Of a DNA stretch of 64,000 nt, positions 1-7,437 are shown piece after piece; within the stretch, counting starts at the first letter, position 1; the number at the start of each line of letters is the position of its first letter. The DNA lies in NCBI GenBank assembly GCA_964421565.1, contig CAYQXJ010000003.1:82465-146464 (forward strand), read 5' to 3'. This DNA is from an uncultured candidatus Brocadiaceae bacterium. Its GTDB lineage: Bacteria; Planctomycetota; Brocadiia; SM23-32. The notes beneath the pieces were generated by a model, which had not been told where the DNA came from, did no database searches, and was given only the letters and a program-made list of their open reading frames with translations. Both the position numbers and the translations under genes were made by a program.

Positions 1-1830
1 CCCCGCGTTGGAGAGCACTTCGGCGAGGGTAGCCAGAGCAGGTGGGACGGCGCGGCTGCGACCGAAGTTCTGAAAGAAGTTGGACAGCATGATGCCGGGG
101 AAACTCTGGGCCGTCTGGCCCGCGGTGGAGTAGGCGTAGGGGAAGTTCACGCCAGTGGCCGCCAGGGCATCCAGGGCCGGTGTCGTCGGACGGCGATAGC
201 CGTTCTGCGAGAGGCGGTCGGCCCGCAGGCAATCGACCGTTACCAGCCACAGTGTGCGCGCCGGCGCAGGCGACAACTCGACACCTAAAGCGCGCCGCGC
301 GTCGGCACGCATCCCGGCCGAGGACAAGCAGCAAAGATGATACTCGCGGCCTGCCGCGTCACCCTGGCGGTGGGCACACCATGCCGCCGCGAGGGAGAGG
401 TCATCGTCGGTTACCACTTCCCCCGGAGGCAGCGCCCTGACGTCGTCCCTCAGGATCGAACCGTCGGGGTCTTCCCGCCCCAGGCGAGCGATCTTCGACT
501 GCAGGTCCCGCTCACTCCGCACCAACCTCAGAATGCGGCCCGCCGCCGGCTCCTGGCCGGCTGAGCCAGCCACGCGGGACGGAGCATGCAACATCTCCTC
601 GAGCATGTTGCGCACCGCCTCCACCTGGTGTTCGCGGGAGAAGTGTTTCTGCACGTAGGCACGGCAAGAATGAGGGTCTTCGGGCTCGCGCGCGAGCATG
701 TCGGCCCCCTCAGCAGCCGTGTTGAAGCGCCACCGACGGGGCCAGGACTCATCCGCGCCCGGGAAGTTGTGAACCACAGGAGTCAAGCCGCAGCTCATCC
801 CCTCGAAGACCGAATACCCGAATGATTCCATCAAGCTGGTGCAAAGCACATAGCCCTTCTGCTGCATCCAGCCTGGCATGTCAGACACCCAGCCCTCGAA
901 AACCAGCGCACCCTGCAGCCCGAGCTGCGAGCGCATGTGAGCCATGTAACGCTCCAGGACCGGATCCTGCCAATCGCCAGCCATGCAGATTCGCCGTCGC
1001 ACCCCGCGGGCCTCCAGCTCCGCCGCTATCTGGGCGACAAGGGGCACGTTCTTCACAGATCGCATGTGGGCTACAAAGGCAACATCCTCGGGGCGACTGC
1101 GGACCGAAGGCAGTGCGAACCGGTCCATGTCCACACCGTTGGGTATCACTACATTGCTTACGTCCACATGGGGGAAACGCTCCGCGAAGATCTCGCGCAC
1201 TCCCTGTGAGACAAAAACCAGCTGGTCGACAACGGACCAGTTGATCTGGCGGGGCAGATCGGTGAATGCCTCAAAGCGGTGAAGGCGTATAACGACCTTT
1301 TTGCCCTGCAACAATTCCGGGCGCCTTGTGATTCGCACGGCGAGTTGGTTTGCCCATTCCAGCCACACAACGTCCGCCCAGTCAAAGGGCAGTTCCTGAT
1401 CCGCCGACCGCACAAGGACATGGCGCACACTAAGCCCGTCCTCTTGCTGCAAGGAACTCGCCAAATCAGACATAAACCGCCCGATGCCCGGCAACTCCAG
1501 GCAAAGCAGGCGAGTCTTCGTCGAGCCGCCCGCCGAGCCAATCGCCTTCACCCGTTCGGCCTCGTAGTCACGCCCCGTAGCCCTGCAGAGCATGCGCAGG
1601 TTCTCCAGGGCTGAGGCGCAGCAGGGATCAGCGCAGAGGGCCTGCCCGAGGCGTTCTCGGCATTCTGACAGTTGCCCGAGTGCGAAATGCACGGCGGCAG
1701 TGTCGCTCAACAGCTCAGCATCGCCCGGCGCTTCTGCAAGCAAGGAACTGTAGATCTCAAGCGCGCCTCGCAGTTCGCCCTGTTCGAAAAGGGCCTCCGC
1801 GCGGCTTCGCTCCGATGCTCTATCCGTCAT
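1..1830 (-). CDS. Multidomain protein, 3'-truncated by the window edge: TPR repeats + GT4-type glycosyltransferase + sulfatase-like (alkaline-phosphatase superfamily) domain
   Basis: Absent from the ORF track because the frame runs off the left edge. Reverse complement from ATG 1830..1828 reads MTDRASERSRAEALFEQGELRGALEIYSSLLAEAPGDAELL (TPR-like), then VIPNGVDMDRF...LCTSLMESFGYSVFEGMSCGLTPVV (E-x7-E retaining-GT motif), then TLWLVTVDCLRADRLSQNGYRRPTTPALDALAATGVNFPYAYS (sulfatase-family N-terminus). GC3-rich and open for 610 codons to position 1. Confidence 0.7.
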   Translation of the reverse strand, partial: MTDRASERSRAEALFEQGELRGALEIYSSLLAEAPGDAELLSDTAAVHFALGQLSECRERLGQALCADPCCASALENLRMLCRATGRDYEAERVKAIGSAGGSTKTRLLCLELPGIGRFMSDLASSLQQEDGLSVRHVLVRSADQELPFDWADVVWLEWANQLAVRITRRPELLQGKKVVIRLHRFEAFTDLPRQINWSVVDQLVFVSQGVREIFAERFPHVDVSNVVIPNGVDMDRFALPSVRSRPEDVAFVAHMRSVKNVPLVAQIAAELEARGVRRRICMAGDWQDPVLERYMAHMRSQLGLQGALVFEGWVSDMPGWMQQKGYVLCTSLMESFGYSVFEGMSCGLTPVVHNFPGADESWPRRWRFNTAAEGADMLAREPEDPHSCRAYVQKHFSREHQVEAVRNMLEEMLHAPSRVAGSAGQEPAAGRILRLVRSERDLQSKIARLGREDPDGSILRDDVRALPPGEVVTDDDLSLAAAWCAHRQGDAAGREYHLCCLSSAGMRADARRALGVELSPAPARTLWLVTVDCLRADRLSQNGYRRPTTPALDALAATGVNFPYAYSTAGQTAQSFPGIMLSNFFQNFGRSRAVPPALATLAEVLSNAG

Positions 1831-2121
1831 CGAGCCCTCCACTCGCGTGTCAAGGCAGGCGTAAGAGCAAAGCTTGTACCGTCGCACGGGGCGCGTCTGT
1901 GCCGCCCTCCAGAGGGCGTGACCGTTCATTTGCTCGACCCGTGGTGAGATTCACAACGCACAGACACCGGTCATCCGGTGGGCGGACACCAGACCCCCGC
2001 AGCGCGTTGCGGCCATGGCCTCACTGCGCGGGGGCGGTGCCCGGTCAGTCGGCTTGACTTTGCCCTCCGGGCTTCGCGACACTGGAGCCCTCTGGTGGTA
2101 CGTCAGACAACGGAGGCGAGG

Positions 2122-3765
2122 GTGAAGACAGGGGCCGCAACATGCCCGGTTGATGGCGTGCCGTCGCTCGGCATCCACCCCCGTATCCTTGTGCCTGCGA
2201 GCTTCCCAGCATTCGGCGTCTACAGCCGGCCAGAAGACGACACCGGCTTCCGCCGCCTGATCGCCCCGGGCGAGCCCGTCTACGCCAACACGTGGCGACG
2301 GCTCCAGGAGCAAGGCATCGACGTGGTCTACGTGCGAGGCGAAGAACGCAACGCGTGTTTCGACTACGTCGAGGAACACCTGCCGCATGTGTTGAGCGCG
2401 AACGGCCCGCCCGGCAGCCATGGCGCGGAATGGGTCTACCGTCTCACCTGCCGCGTGCTCGATCTCCTGCTGGAGGATCGCGACTCCCTGGAATGCTACC
2501 GCCGCCTCGCCGGGCTGGCTGACATCCTTACCGAGGTCATCCTTACACGGCCGGACTCCGAGTGGCGCATGCTGGAGTGCGCACCGCTGCGACACCGCAC
2601 CCATACGCACTGTGTGAACGTCGCCGTGCTCCTGGTCAGCTTCTGCCACCACGTACTGAAAGTGGATGACGACAAGTTGCTGCGCGAGTTGGCGCTCGGC
2701 GGCGTGCTGCATGACCTGGGCAAGACTCTGCTGCCGCGCGAGATACTCGACAAACCGGGCCGGTTGACTGACGAGGAGTTCGATGCGGTCAAGAAACACC
2801 CCACCGATGGCCTGCGCATCGCCGGACCGTGGCTGCACGACTCCGACATCGCCCAGCGAGTAATTGCGCAGCATCACGAGGACGCCTGCGGCAGCGGCTA
2901 TCCCGACGGGCGCGTCGGGCAGGCCATCAACAAGTTCGCCCGAGCCGCCCGCGTGGCCGACGTCTTCGACGCGCTCACCAGCAGCCGCCCGTACTCGGAT
3001 GCGATGGACACGTTCGGGGCGCTTAACCATATGGTGGTGCACATGCAGCCGCGCTTCGACCGCACGCTGCTGCGCCGCTTCATCCGCCTGCTCTCAGCGG
3101 ATCGCGACGGCGAAGCGCCTGTCACCGTGGCCGTTCCCGCCGGCGACGAAGCCCCACAGGAACTGATCCCCGCCCTTGTCGCCGGCCCGCCGATCGCCGA
3201 CGCCGAGCCACTAACGCAGAGGGGTACGGCACCGGCCGCACCCCACCCGGCTCAACCCGCCGAGGAAGAAACCTCAGAGGAGGAGCCCCTGACGGTGGAC
3301 GACCTGCTGAACCAGCAGGAGCAGTCGACGGCCCTTTTCGGCGGCATCATGCGCGCGCTCAACGACGCAGTGGAGATGTCGCTCCAGAAGCGCGAGCAGG
3401 CCCCAGAGCAGCCGCCCGACGCGCATGTCTCCGCCTCGCCAGCAAGCCCCTCCGAAGAGGCCGCTGCAGCACGGGCCCTTTTCCCCCTCGTCTGGCAGAT
3501 TGACCGATGGCGCGCCGAGTTCGCTCCCCGGGAACGGGCTCAGGAATCGCCGCTGCGAGCGCGCATACTGGCGTGCCTCGAACTGCTGCGCGCTGATGTC
3601 GAGGATGCACTTGCAGCGTACCATGTCGAGATCATAGAGCCCGCCCCCAGCGGCGAGGACGGGTTGCACGCCCAGAGGGCCGGATTCGTCCTCCGTCACG
3701 GCGAGCATTCCCGCGTCCTCGAACCGGTGCGCATAGGGCTCAAATCGAAACGACGCGCCGGCTGA
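2122..3765 (+). CDS. HD-GYP domain protein (c-di-GMP phosphodiesterase type) with a ~230-aa low-complexity/acidic C-terminal extension
   Basis: Motifs VLHDLGKTLLP and HHEDACGSGYPDG. Track ORF is 1978..3765; preferred start is in-frame GTG 2122, 6 nt after GGAGG (2112-2116). The N-terminal segment (PVD..FGVYSRP..GIDVVYVRGEE) parallels the paralog at 29021..30055. Confidence 0.8.
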   Translation: MKTGAATCPVDGVPSLGIHPRILVPASFPAFGVYSRPEDDTGFRRLIAPGEPVYANTWRRLQEQGIDVVYVRGEERNACFDYVEEHLPHVLSANGPPGSHGAEWVYRLTCRVLDLLLEDRDSLECYRRLAGLADILTEVILTRPDSEWRMLECAPLRHRTHTHCVNVAVLLVSFCHHVLKVDDDKLLRELALGGVLHDLGKTLLPREILDKPGRLTDEEFDAVKKHPTDGLRIAGPWLHDSDIAQRVIAQHHEDACGSGYPDGRVGQAINKFARAARVADVFDALTSSRPYSDAMDTFGALNHMVVHMQPRFDRTLLRRFIRLLSADRDGEAPVTVAVPAGDEAPQELIPALVAGPPIADAEPLTQRGTAPAAPHPAQPAEEETSEEEPLTVDDLLNQQEQSTALFGGIMRALNDAVEMSLQKREQAPEQPPDAHVSASPASPSEEAAAARALFPLVWQIDRWRAEFAPRERAQESPLRARILACLELLRADVEDALAAYHVEIIEPAPSGEDGLHAQRAGFVLRHGEHSRVLEPVRIGLKSKRRAG

Positions 3766-3787
3766 GCCCGCTCTCCGACCCGGCCTT

Positions 3788-3837
3788 TTGACGTCCAGCA
3801 CCTCTCCGGTTACACTAATCTCATATCGGTAACACTA
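3788..3837 (+). promoter_or_regulatory. Candidate promoter (-35 TTGACG 3788-3793, 17-nt spacer, -10 TACACT 3811-3816) overlapped by a 10-bp direct repeat GGTTACACTA / GGTAACACTA (3808-3817, 3828-3837; 20-bp period)
   Basis: Read directly from the sequence in the 100-nt gap upstream of the Ni/Co transporter operon. A repeat overlapping the -10 and start region looks like an operator. No experimental support. Confidence 0.3.
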
Positions 3838-3864
3838 CGTCATGTCTCGAGGGGGAGAGAGATC

Positions 3865-4680
3865 GTGCGCCGACTCTGCGCCACAATTCTGCTCATTCTG
3901 GGCTGTATCGTCATCGCGAGCTATGCAGAAGGGCATTTCCACACCTACTTGCCTCCGACTGATAACGGCTATGCCCGGCCTGGCCAGCCCGTCCGCTGGG
4001 ACTACTTCTGGGGACATCCCTATGAGATGGTCGTCTTCGATGCCGAGAGGCCGACTGTTTACGCCTGGCCCCCGTCGGGCGAGCGGGAGGAAGTCGTCGT
4101 GGAGTCCTCCGAAGTGACTGACCCGCTAACGGGAGATCAACGTCGTGGCTACATCTTCACATATGCCCCGCGGGAACTCGGTGATACCTGGCTTGTGCTG
4201 GAGGCTCCGCCCTACGCGGTGGAGGAGGAGGGCCTGATCTGGCAGGATTACTTGAAGCAGTGCGTGCACGTATTGGCGGAGTCCGGCTGGGATAGCCGGA
4301 TCGGCCTGCCGATCGAGCTGGTGCCGCTCACTCGTCCGTACGGCATAGAAGCAGGGTTCGCGTTCACGGCGCGCGCCTACCTGCACGGCGCACCCCTGCC
4401 GAACGCCACCGTCGAGATCGAGAAGTACAACGGCTTCCACGTGCCTGAGGATGCTCTGCCGAGGGACCAATTCGGCACGGAAGACGTGCCCATGATCACC
4501 CGCACGGCGAAGACGGATGTCAACGGCTATGTGACCCACACGCTCGATGAGCCCGGCTGGTGGGTCATAGCCGTGGAGGCCGAGAACGGGGTGGTGACGC
4601 ACGAGGGCGAGCAGTATCCGCGAGTGCTGCGCGGCTGCCTGTGGGTGCCCGTTCAGCCGGCCACTGCGCTGAGCAAGTGA
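3865..4680 (+). CDS. Periplasmic DUF4198/COG5266-type metal-binding component (NikK/CbiK-like) of an ECF Ni/Co transporter
   Basis: GTG start after GGGGGAGAG. Signal peptide MRRLCATILLILGCIVIASYAEGH with mature N-terminal His residues. Lies first in an operon with CbiM/Q/O homologs. Family assignment is by recollection. Confidence 0.55.
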   Translation: MRRLCATILLILGCIVIASYAEGHFHTYLPPTDNGYARPGQPVRWDYFWGHPYEMVVFDAERPTVYAWPPSGEREEVVVESSEVTDPLTGDQRRGYIFTYAPRELGDTWLVLEAPPYAVEEEGLIWQDYLKQCVHVLAESGWDSRIGLPIELVPLTRPYGIEAGFAFTARAYLHGAPLPNATVEIEKYNGFHVPEDALPRDQFGTEDVPMITRTAKTDVNGYVTHTLDEPGWWVIAVEAENGVVTHEGEQYPRVLRGCLWVPVQPATALSK

Positions 4681-4695
4681 GGCAGCCATCATCCG

Positions 4696-5307
4696 ATGCA
4701 TATAGGCGACGGCATCTTGCCTTTCGAAGTGGCGCTCGGAACCGCCGTGGCGTCAACCGCGCTCGCCGGAACGTTGCTCGCACGCCTCCAGCCGGAACAA
4801 ATCCCACGCGTGGCTCTCTGCACGTCGTTCTTCTTCGTGGCCTCCCTTATCCACATACCGCTACCGCCCACGTCTTTTCACCTGATGCTTATCGGACTGG
4901 TGGGCATCGTCATGGGCGTGTGGACGTTTCTGCCCATAGCCTTCGGGCTGTTGCTGCAGGCCCTGTTGTTCAAGCATGGCGGGCTCTCGTCGCTCGGAGC
5001 GAACGCGCTGATAATGGGATTGCCGGCGTATGCCGCGTGGGGCATCTTCCACCTGGGAAGGCGGTGCTCATCCCCCACCGGCCCGCTTGTGTTCGGCTTC
5101 CTTGCCGGGTGGCTCGCCGTTCTGTTCGCTCTGGGGCTGCTGAAACTGACGCTTGACGCGGCCGGCCCCGAGTTTTCCGAAGTGGCGTGGGTCGCCTTCA
5201 TCGGCCACCAGCCACTGGCAGTTGCCGAGGGCGCAGTCACCGCCTTCGCCGCCTCGCTGCTGCAGAAGGTAGAGCCCCGCATTCTGATGGAGGCAGGACA
5301 TGCGTAG
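4696..5307 (+). CDS. cbiM: ECF transporter substrate-capture component CbiM/NikM
   Basis: Diagnostic N-terminus MHIGDGILP (the MHIxDG metal-ligand N-terminus of CbiM/NikM) and a polytopic membrane protein of 203 aa. Ni versus Co specificity is not decidable from sequence. Confidence 0.85.
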   Translation: MHIGDGILPFEVALGTAVASTALAGTLLARLQPEQIPRVALCTSFFFVASLIHIPLPPTSFHLMLIGLVGIVMGVWTFLPIAFGLLLQALLFKHGGLSSLGANALIMGLPAYAAWGIFHLGRRCSSPTGPLVFGFLAGWLAVLFALGLLKLTLDAAGPEFSEVAWVAFIGHQPLAVAEGAVTAFAASLLQKVEPRILMEAGHA

Positions 5308-5869
5308 GTCGCTATTGCTGGCCGGCTGTGCTGTGCTCTTAGCAGTCTTTCCGGCGCGAGCAGTTCACGCCCACAAGATGCTGGCCGCCTCACGCGTGAT
5401 GGATGACGGGGAGGTGCTGCTGCAGTGCTTCTTCCCGGACGGTGCGCCGGCGCGTGGCGTGCATGTGGAGGTGCGACGCCCCGACGGCAGCCTGTTCCTG
5501 GAGGGCGAGACCAATCGGGAGGGAGAGTTGACATTCCAACCCGACGACGCACATGGTCAGTGGAGCGCCGTATTCACCGCATCAGCTGGCCATCGAACCG
5601 TTGCCGATTTCACCCTCACAGCACCGCCAGCGCAAGTGGGCGCCGAGGAGCCGACCGGCGCCAATTCCCCGACTACGGCGTCCTCAAACCGCCTGCGGCC
5701 CCGGGACGGCCAGGCTGCGGCTGGAACGGCCGAGACGGTTGAGCTGGCCCGACGGCAACCTGTGCCCTGGACGGAAGTGCTGGCCGGCCTCGGGTTCATC
5801 TTCGGTACGGGCGCACTTCTGATGTGCCTGAAGCTGAGGGCGGAGATGCAGAGGCGGGAAGGCGAGTGA
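5300..5869 (+). CDS. Signal-peptide protein with a C-terminal TM anchor, occupying the CbiN/NikL position of the operon
   Basis: ATG overlaps the cbiM stop. Signal peptide MRRSLLLAGCAVLLAVFPARAVHAH, a beta-sandwich-like segment GVHVEVRRPDGSLFLEGETNREGELTF, and C-terminal TM LAGLGFIFGTGALLMCL. Function is inferred only from position. Confidence 0.45.
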   Translation: MRRSLLLAGCAVLLAVFPARAVHAHKMLAASRVMDDGEVLLQCFFPDGAPARGVHVEVRRPDGSLFLEGETNREGELTFQPDDAHGQWSAVFTASAGHRTVADFTLTAPPAQVGAEEPTGANSPTTASSNRLRPRDGQAAAGTAETVELARRQPVPWTEVLAGLGFIFGTGALLMCLKLRAEMQRREGE

Positions 5870-5932
5870 CGTGGCCATGCGCGCGGCCCATCCTTCCGCT
5901 TTGCCTTGTCACTGCCCGCGGGGGACGTACCC

Positions 5933-6688
5933 ATGCATCTGCCAGAGATAGACAGATACGCGCACCTGGACTCCCCAATCCACCGCTGGGACGCACGGCC
6001 GAAGTTGGCAACGCTGGCGGTGTTGCTGTTCGTCACCGTCTTTCTGCCCAGCTACGGTAGCGCACTCATTGCGCTGGCGGTCGCTCTGGGGCTGGTGCTG
6101 CTAAGCCGCATCCCGCTGTCCTTCGTGTTCATCCACGCCCGCTGGGTAGTGGTGTTCTGCCCCTTCCTAACATTGGTTATGGCACTAACGGGCGGCGGAG
6201 AACCGGCGGCCCGTGTCGGACCGCTAACGGTCAGCGGCGTTGGCTTGCGCCGAGCGGGGCTGATATCGGTACGCGCGCTGGCGGCCGTGCTGCTGATCTA
6301 CCCCATGTTCGGCACGGCACGGTTCCACGTCTCCATGCGGGCTCTACAGCGGCTCGGCGCCCCGCGTGTCGCCGTGCAGATCATGTCGTTTAGCTACCGC
6401 TACGTGTTCGTCCTGTTCGAAGAGCTGCGTCGGATGCTCACCGCCGCCCGGGCTCGGGGCCTGCGGCGGGCCACAGGCATACGCTCGCTACGCAACTTCG
6501 GTAGCATGGTCGGCATGCTCTTCGTGCGGAGTTTCGACCGAACAGAACGCGTCTACCACGCCATGCTGGCGCGCGGCTACGCTGGTCGTGCAGTCGCGCT
6601 GGATGACTTCAGCTTGTGTTCTGTGGACCTGCTGAAGATGGCCGGCGTGTTGACGCTCGCGGCGGCCCTGCTGCTGTTGGGGGTGTGA
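5933..6688 (+). CDS. cbiQ: ECF transporter transmembrane (T) component CbiQ/NikQ
   Basis: Polytopic membrane protein with the EcfT-type Ala-Arg-Gly motif (LTAARARGLRR). Track ORF starts at TTG 5906; ATG 5933 (MHLPEIDRY) preceded by GGGGGA is preferred. Confidence 0.8.
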   Translation: MHLPEIDRYAHLDSPIHRWDARPKLATLAVLLFVTVFLPSYGSALIALAVALGLVLLSRIPLSFVFIHARWVVVFCPFLTLVMALTGGGEPAARVGPLTVSGVGLRRAGLISVRALAAVLLIYPMFGTARFHVSMRALQRLGAPRVAVQIMSFSYRYVFVLFEELRRMLTAARARGLRRATGIRSLRNFGSMVGMLFVRSFDRTERVYHAMLARGYAGRAVALDDFSLCSVDLLKMAGVLTLAAALLLLGV

Positions 6689-6689
6689 G

Positions 6690-7424
6690 ATGACTGACGT
6701 GCTGCGCATAGCCGGCCTCAGCTACACCTACCCCGACGGCACCGCTGCGCTGAGAGGCATCGACATGGCCATGTCGAACGGCGAGCGGCTTGGCCTGGTG
6801 GGACCTAACGGAGCAGGCAAGTCGAGCCTTCTGCTTCACCTGAACGGCTTGTTGCGTGGCAGCGGAGAAGTTGAGGTCTGCGGGCTATGCGTCAGGGACG
6901 GCCAGCTCGACGAACTGCGCCTGAAGGTAGGACTCGTCTTCCAGGACCCCGACGACCAGTTGTTCATGCCTACCGTATTCGACGATGTCGCATTCGGCCC
7001 GCTCAATATGGGTGTGCCGAAAAGCGAAGTGAAGAACCGGGTCCGCGAGGCACTCGGTTGCGTCGACATGGCTCACGCGTCCGAGCGTTCGTCGCACCAC
7101 TTGAGCTTCGGGGAGCGCAAGCGCGTGTGCGTCGCCACGGTGCTCGCCATGCAGCCTGAACTACTGGTGCTTGACGAGCCAACGGCAAACCTGGATCCCC
7201 GCCATCGACGCCAGATCATCGAACTGGTGGCGGAGCTTGAGATGCCGACGATCGTAGCGAGCCATGACCTCGACGCCGTTCTCGACCTCTGCGGACGTGT
7301 GGTGCTGCTCGATGAGGGGCGTGTGGTTGCCGATGGCCCATGTGAGCAGATACTCACCGATCGTAAGCTGCTTGAGGCCCACTGCCTGGAGCTGCCGCTG
7401 TCCCGCCAGGCAACAACATCGTAA
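6690..7424 (+). CDS. cbiO: ECF transporter ATPase CbiO/NikO
   Basis: Walker A GPNGAGKSS, ABC signature LSFGERKRV, Walker B LLVLDEP. Starts 1 nt after the cbiQ stop. Confidence 0.9.
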   Translation: MTDVLRIAGLSYTYPDGTAALRGIDMAMSNGERLGLVGPNGAGKSSLLLHLNGLLRGSGEVEVCGLCVRDGQLDELRLKVGLVFQDPDDQLFMPTVFDDVAFGPLNMGVPKSEVKNRVREALGCVDMAHASERSSHHLSFGERKRVCVATVLAMQPELLVLDEPTANLDPRHRRQIIELVAELEMPTIVASHDLDAVLDLCGRVVLLDEGRVVADGPCEQILTDRKLLEAHCLELPLSRQATTS

Positions 7425-7437
7425 ACTGGCGGCCGTA

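Noticed and set aside
3766-3864. Cobalamin or other riboswitch upstream of the Ni/Co transporter operon
   Set aside because: The leader is only about 100 nt. It lacks a B12-box-like GCCACTG core and extended conserved helices.
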